DNA of 64,000 bases from Nemertoderma westbladi (lineage: Eukaryota > Animalia > Xenacoelomorpha), in NCBI GenBank assembly GCA_032718475.1, contig JAUCBJ010009082.1, forward strand, positions 36,815 through 100,814, read 5' to 3'. The stretch's first letter is position 1; each line of letters opens with the position of its first letter. Below are positions 25,683 through 38,754 of this stretch, one piece after another. The notes under the pieces were generated by a model. The model had not been told where the DNA came from. It ran no database searches and saw nothing but the letters and a program-made list of their open reading frames with translations. The position numbers and the translations under genes are program-made.

Positions 25683-28600
25683 AGCAATACTATAGGTGGA
25701 GAGCTTCGCGAACGTCGCGATCTTCACAATATTTTGTGTTTACCAATACTATAGGTGGAGCTTTGCGAACGTCGCGATCTTCATGACATATTTTGTGTTT
25801 ACCAATACTATAGGTGGAGAGCTTCGCGAACGTCGCGATCTTCACAATATTTTGTGTTTACCAATACTATAGGTGGAGCTTCGCGAACGTCGCGATCTTC
25901 ATGACATATTTTGTGTTTACCAATACTATAGGTGGAGCTTCGCGAACGTCGCGATCTTCACAATATTTTGTGTTTACCAATACTATAGGTGGAGCTTCGC
26001 GAACGTCGCGATCTTCATGACATATTTTGTGTTTACCAATACTATAGGTGGAGAGCTTCGCGAACGTCGCGATCTTCACAATATTTTGTGTTTACCAATA
26101 CTATAGGTGGAGCTTCGCGAACGTCGCGATCTTCATGACATATTTTGTGTTTACCAATACTATAGGTGGAGAGCTTCGCGAACGTCGCGATCTTCACAAT
26201 ATTTTGTGTTTACCAATACTATAGGTGGAGCTTCGCGAACGTCGCGATCTTCATGACATATTTTGTGTTTACCAATACTATAGGTGGAGCTTCGCGAACG
26301 TCGCGATCTTCACAATATTTTGTGTTTACCAATACTATAGGTGGAGCTTCGCGAACGTTGCGATCTTCATGACATATTTTGTGTTTACCAATACTATAGG
26401 TGGAGCTTCGTGAACGTCGCGATCTTCGCGATATTTTGTGTTTACCAATACTATAGGTGGAGCTTCGCGAACGTCGCGATCTTCATGACATATTTTGTGT
26501 TTACCAATACTATAGGTGGAGCTTCGCAAACGTCGCGATCTTCACAATATTTTGTGTTTACCAATACTATAGGTGGAGCTTCGCTAACGTCGCGATCTTC
26601 ATGACATATTTTGTGTTTACCAATACTATAGGTGGAGCTTCGCGAACGTTGCGATCTTCATGACATATTTTGTGTTTACCAATACTATAGGTGGAGCTTT
26701 GCGAATGTCGCGATCTTCATGACATATTTTGTGTTTACCAATACTATAGGTGGAGCTTCGCGAACGTCGCGATCTTCACGATATTTTGTGTTTACCAATA
26801 CTATAGGTGGAGCTTCGCGAACGTCGCGATCTTCATGACATATTTTGTGTTTACCAATACTATAGGTGGAGCTTCGCGAACGTCGCGATCTTCACGATAT
26901 TTTGTGTTTACCAATACTATAGGTGGAGCTTCGCGAACGTCGCGATCTTCATGACATATTTTGTGTTTACCAATACTATAGGTGGAGCTTCGCAAACGTC
27001 GCGATCTTCACAATATTTTGTGTTTACCAATACTATAGGTGGAGCTTCGCGAACGTCGCGATCTTCATGACATATTTTGTGTTTACCAATACTATAGGTG
27101 GAGCTTCGCGAACGTCGCGATCTTCATGACATATTTTGTGTTTACCAATACTATAGGTGGAGCTTCGCGAACGTCGGGATCTTCATGACATATTTTGTGT
27201 TTACCAATACTGTAGGTGGAGCTTCGCAAACGTCGCGATCTTTATGACATATTTTGTGTTTACCAATACTATAGGTGGAGCTTCGCGAACGTCGCGATCT
27301 TCATGACATATTTTGTGTTTACCAATACTATAGGTGGAGCTTCGCGAACGTCGCGATCTTCACGATATTTTGTGTTTACCAATACTATAGGTGGAGCTTC
27401 GCGAACGTCGCGATCTTCATGACATATTTTGTGTTTACCAATACTATAGGTGGAGCTTCGCGAACGTCGCGATCTTCATGACATATTTTGTGTTTACCAA
27501 TACTATAGGTGGAGCTTCGCGAACGTCGCGATCTTCGCGATATATTTTGTGTTTACCAATACTATAGGTGGAGCTTCGCGAACGTCGCGATCTTCATGAC
27601 ATATTTTGTGTTTACCAATACTATAGGTGGAGCTTCGCAAACGTCGCGATCTTCGCGATATATTTTGTGTTTACCAATACTATAGGTGGAGCTTCGCGAA
27701 CGTCGCGATCTTCGCGATATATTTTGTGTTTACCAATACTATAGGTGGAGCTTCGCGAACGTCGCAATCTTCGCGATATTTTGTGTTTACCAATACTATA
27801 GGTGGAGCTTCGCGAACGTCGCGATCTTCACGATATTTTGTGTTTACCAATACTATAGGTGGAGCTTCACAAACGTCGCGATCTTCACAATATTTTGTGT
27901 TTACCAATACTGTAGGTGGAGCTTCGCGAACGTCGCGATCTTCATGACATATTTTGTGTTTACCAATACTATAGGTGGAGCTTCGCGAACGTCGCGATCT
28001 TCGCGATATATTTTGTGTTTACCAATACTATAGGTGGAGCTTCGCGAACGTCGCGATCTTCACGATATTTTGTGTTTACCAATACTATAGGTGGAGCTTC
28101 ACAAACGTCGCGATCTTCACAATATTTTGTGTTTACCAATACTGTAGGTGGAGCTTCGCGAACGTCGCGATCTTCATGACATATTTTGTGTTTACCAATA
28201 CTATAGGTGGAGCTTCGCGAACGTCGCGATCTTCATGACATATTTTGTGTTTACCAATACTATAGGTGGAGCTTCGCAAACGTCGCGATCTTCACGATAT
28301 TTTGTGTTTACCAATACTGTAGGTGGAGCTTCGCGAACGTCGCGATCTTCATGACATATTTTGTGTTTACCAATACTATAGGTGGAGCTTCGCGAACGTC
28401 GCGATCTTCGCGACATTTTTTGTGTTTACCAATACTATAGGTGGAGCTTCACAAACGTCGCGATCTTCACAATATTTTGTGTTTACCAATACTGTAGGTG
28501 GAGCTTCGCGAACGTCGCGATCTTCATGACATATTTTGTGTTTACCAATACTGTAGGTGGAGCTTCGCGAACGTCGCGATCTTCACAATATTTTGTGTTT

Positions 28601-29143
28601 ACCAATACTGTAGGTGGAGCTTCGCGAACGTCGCGATCTTCATGACATATTTTGTGTTTACCAATACTATAGGTGGAGCTTCGCGAACGTCGCGATCTTC
28701 ACAATATTTTGTGTTTACCAATACTATAGGTGGAGCTTCGCGAACGTCGCGATCTTCACAATATTTTGTGTTTACCAATACTGTAGGTGGAGCTTCGCGA
28801 ACGTCGCGATCTTCATGACATATTTTGTGTTTACCAATACTGTAGGTGGAGCTTCGCGAACGTCGCGATCTTCACAATATTTTGTGTTTACCAATACTGT
28901 AGGTGGAGCTTCGCGAACGTCGCGATCTTCATGACATATTTTGTGTTTACCAATACTGTAGGTGGAGCTTCGCGAACGTCGCGATCTTCATGACATATTT
29001 TGTGTTTACCAATACTATAGATGGAGCTTTGCGAACGTCGCGATCTTCATGACATATTTTGTGTTTACCAATACTATAGGTGGAGCTTCGCGAACGTCGC
29101 GATCTTCATGACATATTTTGTGTATACCATTTCTATAGGTGGA
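25683..29143 (+). repeat. 57/59-bp CpG-rich satellite, ~59 copies
   Basis: CCAATACTATAGGTGGAGCTTCGCGAACGTCGCGATCTTC(ATGACAT/ACAAT)ATTTTGTGTTTA in tandem with no spacers. Confidence 0.97.
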
Positions 29144-29945
29144 TCATCAGATGCGAAATTTTTATGCGAACCAATATTTTGCTGGGTCGCGGCTAAAATA
29201 CACGAAACTGTACTTGTATCGTATCTTTTTAAAATACGAACAGTTTATTTGTGTTCTCCTCTAGAATATAGACATTCATGAATACAGCACATTATTGTTG
29301 GTGGCCTTTTTAGTATACAATTCATAATTGTTTTAAATATAAGGAAAGGAATGTAGTGCAAAACTTATATAATATTAGTATTGTTAACCGAATTCTGGAA
29401 TGCTATATATCTACATAGGCCTATATATTATGTAATATATGGTGCAAAATAATATTCTAGAAGTCCATGTATTGGTGTAGGCCTTCCAGAAATTTGGAAA
29501 TGTTTGCGAAGCCCTGCCTGTATAGCATTGTTAAATAATATTAATACCTGTGTATAGGTTCTGATATTTCACAAAATTCGCGACGTTTGCGAAATTTCGC
29601 AATCTTCGTAAAAATGTTGAAGATATTCTAGAACATATTAGCGATTTATTTAAAAATGCTTTTTTCTCTAGAACTAATACTAATACTTGTTATTAATCGG
29701 ATTTCTTTCATTAAAAAAAATGTTCTAGAACATTCGCAAGGATCAGGACATTTGCGAAGCTCCACCTATAGCATTGTTAAACACAAAATATCGCGAAGAT
29801 CGCGACGTTTGCGAAATTTCGCGATTTTCGCCGAAGAATTGTTCAAAATCGTTGCCCTAATGGGGGGGGGGGGGGGGGGGGGGGGCAACAGGGGTAGCTG
29901 CCGGGGGCCCTGATAAGATAACTCCCCACCAAACATGACTCCCCA

Positions 29946-31145
29946 GTCTTCTCTTAGCAAGTCGTTAGACTTGATTACTGTAAGAAAAAAAACTACTGAC
30001 TACTGGCTACTGACTACTGACTACTGGCTACTGGCTACTGACTACTGGCTACTGGCTACTGGCTACTGGCTACTGACTACTGGCTACTGGCTACTGACTA
30101 CTGGCTACTGACCTAGAGCAAAAACGGCTCTAACGATTTTGATGAAATTTTGCATGGACCATGAAAATGGATTTCTAAGGGTACTTGTGAAATCGCGGTT
30201 TAAATTGAAACATCTCAACTTGTTTTATTTCGAAAAATAGCCCCAAAACACGAAAATTGCCATAGGCGCAATGATAAAACACCAGCTGGCACTCATGAAA
30301 AATGTATAGAGATGGCCTGGTAAAGCATTCAATAGGAAGGGCAACTAACAAAGAAGTACTTTCTCTGCCAAGTTTTATTATCACTCTACTCTACAACCCA
30401 GACAGTAAGCTAACATTAACTGGTTTAGCTGGCTATTACAGTCTCAGCTGAATAACTCTTCCCAATGCATCCTTGCTATGTTAATTAATTGGCGTGCAAG
30501 CTAAATGACTGTTAGTTATACAGTGTGTTGGCTACACAGTGTATTGTACTATGCTCTCATCGCATTATTGTTTTTTTTAATTTTGTGCCAACATTAATAC
30601 TGTGGAGGCTGTATGCTTATAAGGCTGAATGTTTACTCAGCCTCAAATGATTCTCCATAAGGCTAACATTATAGTTTGAAATATAAAAATCTGTTATAAT
30701 AATAATATAATTGTTGTATTTAATTAATATCGTGGTTTACATTGAACAGTGTAAATTGTTAATCGCGGTTTACATTGAAACATCTCAACTTGTTTTATTT
30801 ATTACAAAAATAAGAACGAATTTGTCTTATCACTTCTTGTGCGCGATTGTATTGAATTCATGACAACTGCTGTTATTATTATTAATCAATTGACACCTCG
30901 ACTCCTCTCTGACTACTCTATCCGATAGAATAAAATAATCATTTCGCTAACTGCTCTCTATCTTCTATAATCACAACAGCTTTTATAATTCATTAGATGA
31001 TTACAACATAATAATTATAGTTTGAAGTTGTCTAGAAAATTTTTCGTACACCACCGGGACTACCCTCACACTAATTGATTATCAGACAGAACAAAAAGCT
31101 TTTACTTGACTCGTACTGTCTCCTACGACTTGCTTCATCTCTAGT
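29946..31145 (+). mobile_element. HINE/DINE-1-like (Helentron-associated) non-autonomous element
   Basis: SubTIR AGCAAGTCGT (29956) / ACGACTTGCT (31125). 5' hairpin CAAGTC-GTTA-GACTTG. 7-bp microsatellite CTACTG(A/G) at 29991-30111, followed by AACGGCTCTAACGATTTTGATGAAATTT. Internal 40-bp duplicate at 30192/30761. Confidence 0.6.
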
Positions 31146-31675
31146 ATTATTATATTATGATAATTATTATTGTGGTCATATATTTGGACGAGCTGCAAAC
31201 TATCCGGATGAATTAGTTAAGTAGATGTTAGCCATAATGGTGAAATGTCTTGGTGGTGGGGAGTTGTTTTTTGTCTAGATGATCGTTTATTGTCCGCGGA
31301 TGATTCCCGTCATTCCAATAAATGGCAGGTTTCAGTACCAACAACTCGTCTCAATGAGCCGAGCTCAGCGCCCAGAGAAATTGTTTAAACTGATATATTT
31401 CTCGACAGGGGGGGGGGGGGGGGGGCACACCGAATTTTCTGATTTACGTTTAATTTTCAGAATTTTTAAATAATCGATTTAATTAATAGAGAGCCCTTAT
31501 CAGGGCCATTGATGTGTTTTCACGCTGGGGAATATTAGGTTGGCAGTCATAATATATAATAAAGTAGGCTAATAACATAAAGTGCCTGATAATAAAATAA
31601 AATAAGCCTATAGCAAAAGTATCGAGACTGCGCTAATTCTCACCAAATCTCGGCTACACGGCCTCTATTAAAGGC

Positions 31676-31766
31676 CGACTTGTCTGTTCCCCATTTAGTG
31701 GACTATTATTTACATTTTGAGGTCGACTTGTCTGTTCCCCATTTAGTGGACTATTATTTACATTTT
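31676..31766. repeat. ~45-bp direct tandem duplication
   Basis: CGACTTGTCTGTTCCCCATTTAGTGGACTATTATTTACATTTT twice. Confidence 0.85.
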
Positions 31767-33204
31767 ACAATACAATAGGCCTATTAACAGAACGAACGAT
31801 ATTGGATAGTAATTCATAGTCTTATAAAGAACTCAGTTGTAATATAAAGTGATCTGTTCTGCTATAGTTTTACTATTTTCATATGAAAACCAACGTGGTG
31901 AATTAATGTATCAATTCCAAAAAATACGATAAAATTATTGAGCTGCATTTCATAATTGAATGTAATAATTAATTTTTGGCAATATTTATTGTACACAATA
32001 ACAAAAGGCAGAGCGGTCCAGAATTGAAATTCTTATCATAATTTGAAAGTTAACATAAGATACATTAATTACAATTACTAATACAGTCTTACCAAAGCGT
32101 ATTTTATTCATAAATTGTAATAACGAGGGAAATCTCTGTTATACAGCTTAAGAAAATCTTGCCCCCAGTCACCGCCCCCAGTTAACTCGATGGCATGGCT
32201 TTGTATATAGTACGCCTTGAATGCAGCACGGGACGGGGGGAGGGTTTCAACCAATAGGAAAGTTTGTATTTATCGGATGCCATGGAATTCCAGAATGCGG
32301 TCGTGTCGCACAGCGAACGGAATGTTAGGCCAAAATATAAGCCGAAATCTAGGCCAAAATATAAGCCGAAAACTAGGCCGAAATTTTGGAGGGAAGTCCT
32401 ACTGCTGCATTTTTGCATTCTGGTCAGTCTGTGTTTCTCTGTTACCAGTACAGTACTATGGAGCCGCAGTACCATGGTGTTTAAGTCGTACAATGCGCTT
32501 AAATGATGAACTTAAATAATTTGTTCAACTCAGAAATCAACCACTCAGGGAATATAAATAACCTCCTTATATATGATTTACATGGCCTTAATTTCGGCCT
32601 ATCCAACCCTTTTCTTTACTACCCCAGTACATGCCAGAAACACGATAGCCATGGAAAAAAGAAACACAATAAGATTCAATAAAAAATCGAGCTATTTTTT
32701 ATTACAGTATTTTTTTAAGTAAAAAAAACATTGTTGACACCAATAAACGTATTAATATGTCATTACCCAATGGATTAATAATTACCCATTTAATATAATA
32801 CAATAAGATTATATATAAAATGAGATATTTTCGTAAAACAATGTGTCGCATAATTCATTTATTATTCAGATACAAAGTTCTTCCATAACTGCGAATGTAG
32901 TTTAAATTTTAGTTAGTTCTTCTTAGGCGCCGCAGATTTAAACAGCCAGTCACAGATTTATGATGCCAACATTCACGTAAGAATGAGAAACGGATTCCAA
33001 CAGGAAACTGAAAAAAATCAAGTATATAATATTAGTGACTTTGTTAAATATTTAAAATAAGGTGGCACCGCATTACCCATTGGATGTATATAGTGAGAAA
33101 TGTTTAATTTAGAACTTAATCGGCGTGAAATACGCCGTGGAATAAAGTAGCTGGACCACGTGACAATAAATTTAACTGGATGAACGGGCAGTATTCCTTC
33201 CTTA

Positions 33205-33349
33205 TGGTAGTAGGGTATAGTACTTTGGTAGTAGGGTATAGTACTTTGGTAGTAGGGTATAGTACTTTGGTAGTAGGGTATAGACTTTGGTAGTAGGGTA
33301 TAGTACTTTGGTAGTAGGGTATAGTACTTTGGTAGTAGGGTATAGTACT
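33205..33349. repeat. 21-bp minisatellite, ~7 copies
   Basis: GGTAGTAGGGTATAGTACTTT tandem. Confidence 0.95.
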
Positions 33350-34119
33350 TTTCTCGAGAGCGTTTTTTTTCCATAAGTTGGGGTATGGCCTAAAACTTTA
33401 ACAATGGAATCACATGACATCACATTTACGCCAACTGTCTCAGATCGTCCATTTGATAATGATGAACCTCATGGCACTCCTATTGCACTGAGATTAGTCT
33501 GATTCAAACCGCAATGGTCGATTTAATGGGTGTAAGAATCCTACAAACAAGATCACAATGAACAACAGTCATCGAGATACTAGAAACACAAATGTTAATA
33601 TATCCCGCTGACGCCCTTACGACGAGATAAATAGGCCTAACCTCCTTAGTAGAGAACACTAATTACTTTACATTTGTGTTTTAATTGAAGTTTGTTTTAA
33701 CTAAATTAATTTATCATTGTGGTGGTTCCAGATAGGGGGGGAAACTGGACGCAATAAAAATTCATCCCTCTCCAGGGGAAATTGGACGCAAATAACAGAT
33801 GACTAAACTCAAAAATAAAACTGTAACCTGTTCTTTTGTGTTTAGTTTATTGTTTTGGTTAAAATAACGTGCCACTGTAACCTGCACCTTTCCCTAAATT
33901 GAGAATTTAACATTGAGGCGGGATATTAATTCGCTAAGGCGGGTTTTGCGTCAAGTTCCCCCCCCCCCCCCCCCCCCTGCCTCGGTGGTTCGTTTCGTAT
34001 GAACCCAATGTCGGTGTATTTAGCTGTTCTGCCGTGCAATGTAAAAAGACCGTGGAAGTCGCATTTTTCCAATCACTTTTTCTGGGTCTAAAAATTGCGC
34101 TCTATCTAATATGGTATAA

Positions 34120-35901
34120 TCGTGGTGAAATCGTTTAGGAGGTGAAGGCGGTGGTGAAATCGTGTATGAGGTGAAGGCGGTGGTGAAATCGTGTAGGAGG
34201 TGAAGGCGGTGGTGAAATCGTGTAGGAGGTGAAGGCGGTGGTGAAATCGTTTAGGAGGTGAAGGCGGTGGTGAAATCGTGTATGAGGTGAAGGCGGTGGT
34301 GAAATCGTGTAGGAGGTAAAGGCGGTGGTGAAATCGTGTAGGAGGTGAAGGCGGTGGTGAAATCGTGTAGGATGTGAAGGCGGTGGTGAAATCGTGTAGG
34401 AGGTGAAGGCGGTGGTGAAATCGTGTATGAGGTGAAGGCGGTGGTGAAATCGTGTAGGAGGTGAAGGCGGTGGTGAAATCGTGTAGGACGTGAAGGCGCT
34501 GGTGAAATCGTGTAGGAGGTGAAGGCGGTGGTGAAATCGTGTAGGAGGTGAAGGCGGTGGTGAAATCGTGTATGAGGTGAAGGCGGTGGTGAAATCGTGT
34601 AGGAGGTGAAGGCGGTGGTGAAATCGTGTAGGAGGTGAAGGCGGTGGTGAAATCGTGTAGGAGGTGAAGGCGGTGGTGAAATCGTGTAGGAGGTGAAGGC
34701 GGTGGTGAAATCGTGTAGGAGGTGAAGGCGGTGGTGAAATCGTGTAGGAGGTGAAGGCGGTGGTGAAATCGTGTAGGAGGTGAAGGCGGTGGTGAAATCG
34801 TGTAGGAGGTGAAGGCGGTGGTGAAATCGTGTAGGAGGTGAAGGCGGTGGTGAAATCGTGTAGGAGGTGAAGGCGGTGGTGAAATCGTGTAGGAGGTGAA
34901 GGCGGTGGTGAAATCGCGTAGGAGGTGAAGGCGGTGGTGAAATCGTGTAGGAGGTGAAGGCGGTGGTGAAATCGTGTAGGAGGTGAAGACGGTGGTGAAA
35001 TCGTGTAGGAGGTGAAGGCGGTGGTGAAATCGTGTAGGAGGTGAAGGCGGTGGTGAAATCGTGTATGAGGTGAAGGCGGTGGTGAAATCGTGTAGGAGGT
35101 GAAGACGGTGGTGAAATCGTGTATGAGGTGAAGGCGGTGGTGATATCGTGTAGGAGGTGAAGGCGGTGGTGAAATCGTGTAGGAGGTGAAGGCGGTGGTG
35201 AAATCGTGTAGGAGGTGAAGGCGGTGGTGAAATCGTGTAGGAGGTGAAGGCGGTGGTGAAATCGTGTAGGAGGTGAAGGCGGTGGTGAAATCGTGTAGGA
35301 GGTGAAGGCGGTGGTGAAATCGTGTAGGAGGTGAAGGCGGTGGTGAAATCGTGTAGGAGGTGAAGGCGGTGGTGAAATCGTGTAGGAGGTGAAGGCGGTG
35401 GTGAAATCGTGTAGGAGGTGAAGGCGGTGGTGAAATCGTGTAGGATGTGAAGGCGGTGGTGAAATCGTGTAGGAGGTGAAGGCGGTGGTGAAATCGTGTA
35501 GGAGGTGAAGGCGGTGGTGAAATCGTGTAGGAGGTGAAGGCGGTGGTGAAATCGTGTAGGAGGTGAAGGCGGTGGTGAAATCGTGTAGGAGGTGAAGGCG
35601 GTGGTGAAATCGTGTAGGAGGTGAAGGCGGTGGTGAAATCGTGTAGGAGGTGAAGGCGGTGGTGAAATCGTGTAGGAGGTGAAGGCGGTGGTGAAATCGC
35701 GTAGGAGGTGAAGGCGGTGGTGAAATCGTGTAGGAGGTGAAGGCGGTGGTGAAATCGTGTAGGAGGTGAAGACGGTGGTGAAATCGTGTAGGAGGTGAAG
35801 GCGGTGGTGAAATCGTGTATGAGGTGAAGGCGGTGGTGAAATCGTGTAGGAGGTGAAGGCGGTGGTGAAATCGTGTAGGAGGTGAAGGCGGTGGTGAAAT
35901 C
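34120..35901. repeat. 29-bp minisatellite, ~61 near-identical copies
   Basis: GGTGGTGAAATCGTGTAGGAGGTGAAGGC tandem. Confidence 0.97.
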
Positions 35902-38009
35902 ACCGCCTAATAAAATTTCGAGTTATCACTGTCTCTCCATGTCTGCCGGTCGGACCGTTAAAATGTAAGTACAGCCAGAGGCTGACAAATAGTCAAACAG
36001 AAACAATTCTACCGAACATTAAACTGACAACGGAAATTAAATCACGGACCTCGAAAACCACCATAATTTAGCTCTGTGGTCTACTTCCTTCATGCCAGAC
36101 ATTATTAACAAACCAGACACCATACGGGCACTTTTGTGTGGGAATGTTAAACTTTCAAGTCAATTTTCTCGGAATTAAATTTTTTCACGCAAAAAACACT
36201 AGGCCTACTCCTCTTTAACCGTTTTTTGTAAGTTTCGCTTCATATGACAGGAAATTTAATAAACTTCGACAAATTTCGGGAAGTAATTTACACAAATTTA
36301 CACAATTTATGCATTAAATTTATACAATTCAAAAACACCACAACTGAGAGACTTGCGGTGTTTTGTCATTGTGACATTTGTGTTAGCATTGTAATGCAAA
36401 TACACCGTAAGTAAAAAAAATAATCCTGAAGTCAAAATATTAATGGAAAGTGAAAAATAATCGCGTAGAAAATTTTCCACTCCCAATTGCGTAGGTTTAT
36501 AAAATAACTATTTACATCATTGTGTGCAAAGTAGTACTTTGCAGCGTTATGACCCGAGTTTATTTATGTACCGAGCGAGCGCAGCGAGGGAGGTTTACAT
36601 AAATAAACACGTTCGTGGGGCCTTCGCGCAGCACGAGGCCTAGTTATTATATACAAATTAAAATTGAGCGACTGTATCACAAAATCAGGTTTTGAGAAAT
36701 TTACCCACACCACCAATCAATCAAAGAAAGGGGGACAGTACGTGTTCACCCCTTTTAATCTCTCTCCCCCCCCCCCCCCCCCCACCCTTCCCAACCACCA
36801 ATACATAACCGCGACATCTTCCACCCACGGAAGGGTAGCACGAACTTATTTCCAATCGCACGTTAAATATGCAAAGCCAGGTGGTTTATAGGAATATAAT
36901 AAACGCAGTACTCGTTTTCATTATAAGCCTCTTTGCGTTCGTCCTGTTTTGTATTTAAATATATTTCTTAAACGCAGGCTAGGACGATCTTTATAATAAT
37001 AATAACTAGGGATGCGATTAATATGTGAAGCCAGGTGGTTTATATAATAATTTAGTCAACGCAGTACTCGTCTTCATTATATGCCTCGTTGCGCTCGTCG
37101 CTTGTCCTGTTTTGTCATAAAATATTTTTCCTAAACGCAGACTGACGATCTTTATACAGTTATAACTATACGAAGTTTCGAAACTGTGCGAGTAACTGTT
37201 GATACATCTATGTGGAGATGTGGGATATGTGGAGATGTGTGATACAACGCCAACGCATCTTATGCCGATGTAGTAATATGGGTATTGAAATAATATTAAA
37301 TCAATGTACACTCTTAAAGCTGCAGCGAAAAAATGTAGCTAATTTCCTAGGTTACATATAAATAATAATATTATTTTTAAGAACATTAATTTTACTACTT
37401 TGCAAAAATTCAATTAAAAAATAACCAGACATATACATTGTGGAATAAACTATTTCAGAAGCCTACAACAGCCATGCCATGGATTGTATTTATGTTATTA
37501 TATCTGTTATTTAACTGAGATAGCAATAGTAGTAGTAGTCGAACAGTTATGCGGCCCGTCCAGCCTATAATAAACACAATTCAGTGATTGGGCTGGAATA
37601 GCAATACTGGTTGCCTCTATTACAATTCCTCTCAGGTTAGTCTACAGCCACAACTCCCAGCAGCTAGCTCCACACCAGCAGAGACTTGACCAATAATGGG
37701 AAGGATTAAATTTGTACTCAATAATTGTGCGGTTTAATTACGTTTAGATCAATTAAAGACACATTTATTAAAGCAAATCACTTAAACTAATTAAAAACTA
37801 TAATAGAATGGCGTATGGGGATTATATCTGTATAATTTTTAAGTATAATTATTTAAATCTTATACTGTAAAACAATTAATTTCCTTTAAAAGGCAGGTTG
37901 AAAATGGCGTTTTCACCGCAATCAACTTAATTAACTAATTAACTGCTATTATCTTAGCTTCTCGAAGGCCACACGGAAATTCTACTTGGAAATTTCTAAA
38001 CTTTTGCCA

Positions 38010-38168
38010 AACAACATGTGTACCAAGTTTGGATAGATTTCATCGAAGATTGGCCGAGTTATTAACGTTTAAAATTGAACACGACAGAACGACAGAACGA
38101 CAGAACGACAGGTTGATTAATGGTACCACTACGCTAAGGCTCACTCACTTCGTGGCTCGCCCCACAAG
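38010..38168 (+). mobile_element. 3' end of a HINE-like element related to 7084-7585
   Basis: ACCAAGTTTGG...GATTGGCCGAGTTATTA, (ACGACAGA)n microsatellite, then CGCTAAGGCT...CTTCGTGGCTCGCCCCACAAG, matching the end of the 7.1-kb element. Confidence 0.55.
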
Positions 38169-38211
38169 GTCTTTAACGCTGAAAAGTGACCTTTGCAAGC
38201 AATGATGTATG

Positions 38212-38754
38212 TAATTTTGTTACATTATGTCAAGTTATCAGCGTTCGGTATGTGAAGAAAGGATTTTATAGATACTCATTTATACATTTTAATCATGTAC
38301 TATATCGAATATAAGTGAAATTTATTAACAGGTACACAGTATTAATTATACATTTAAATCTAATTAAAGTTTATTGGAAGTTATCTCCTGCTTGGATGTG
38401 ATAAATCATTAATCCATCTTGACTATTATAGTCGTCTGAAGCAAACTTATTCACCGTCTGTGACCGTTCAGTTTTACTGAACAATGTCGTCGTTTTCTTT
38501 GGTCATTTTTTCTAAAGTGTCTTCTATTGGACGTCTCGCCATAATGGATTACACTATACGTTAAACAATTATTTACATATATTAGCTAGTTCCGTCACTG
38601 CAAACTGGTTAATAAAGCAGCACTCCTTAACATATATGGAAATAATACATTCTGGAATACGGTAATTGAAGTTGTTTCAATGTCATTGATTACTTTGCAG
38701 CGTTACGAGTAATTTACCAGAACGCTGTTAAGTTGACATAATGTAACAAAATTA
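38212..38754. mobile_element. MITE-like element with ~40-bp inverted repeats
   Basis: TAATTTTGTTACATTATGTCAAGTTATCAGCGTTCGGTA vs TACCAGAACGCTGTTAAGTTGACATAATGTAACAAAATTA. Confidence 0.6.

Larger units (their letters stand above)
19941..29857. mobile_element. ~9.9-kb TIR-bounded composite element with subterminal repeats expanded into satellite; carries a CRE-like retrotransposon
   Basis: Left GGCAACGATTTTGAACATTTCTTCG (19941) vs right CGAAGAATTGTTCAAAATCGTTGCC(C) (to 29857). Flanked by TAA/TAA (TA or TAA TSD) within a G-rich site. Subterminal TTCGCAAACGTCGCGA motifs at both ends in opposite orientation. Confidence 0.7.

Noticed and set aside
25683-29143. Repeat array next to an RT gene, superficially CRISPR/retron/DGR-like
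   Set aside because: Units are contiguous with no unique spacers, there are no cas genes, the context is eukaryotic, and the RT is non-LTR type.
25102-29281. Many short ORFs (MELRERRDL..., etc.)
   Set aside because: Translations of the 57/59-bp satellite.
33205-33349. G-rich TAGGG-containing repeat as telomeric sequence
   Set aside because: 21-bp unit, internal, not a TTAGGG/TTAGG array.
33420-33545. Possible extra minus-strand exon after TTTGTAG acceptor
   Set aside because: Stops in all three frames shortly after the acceptor.
34251-35903. 550-aa His/Pro-rich ORF
   Set aside because: Stop-free reading of a 29-bp repeat cycling through all frames; no coding evidence.
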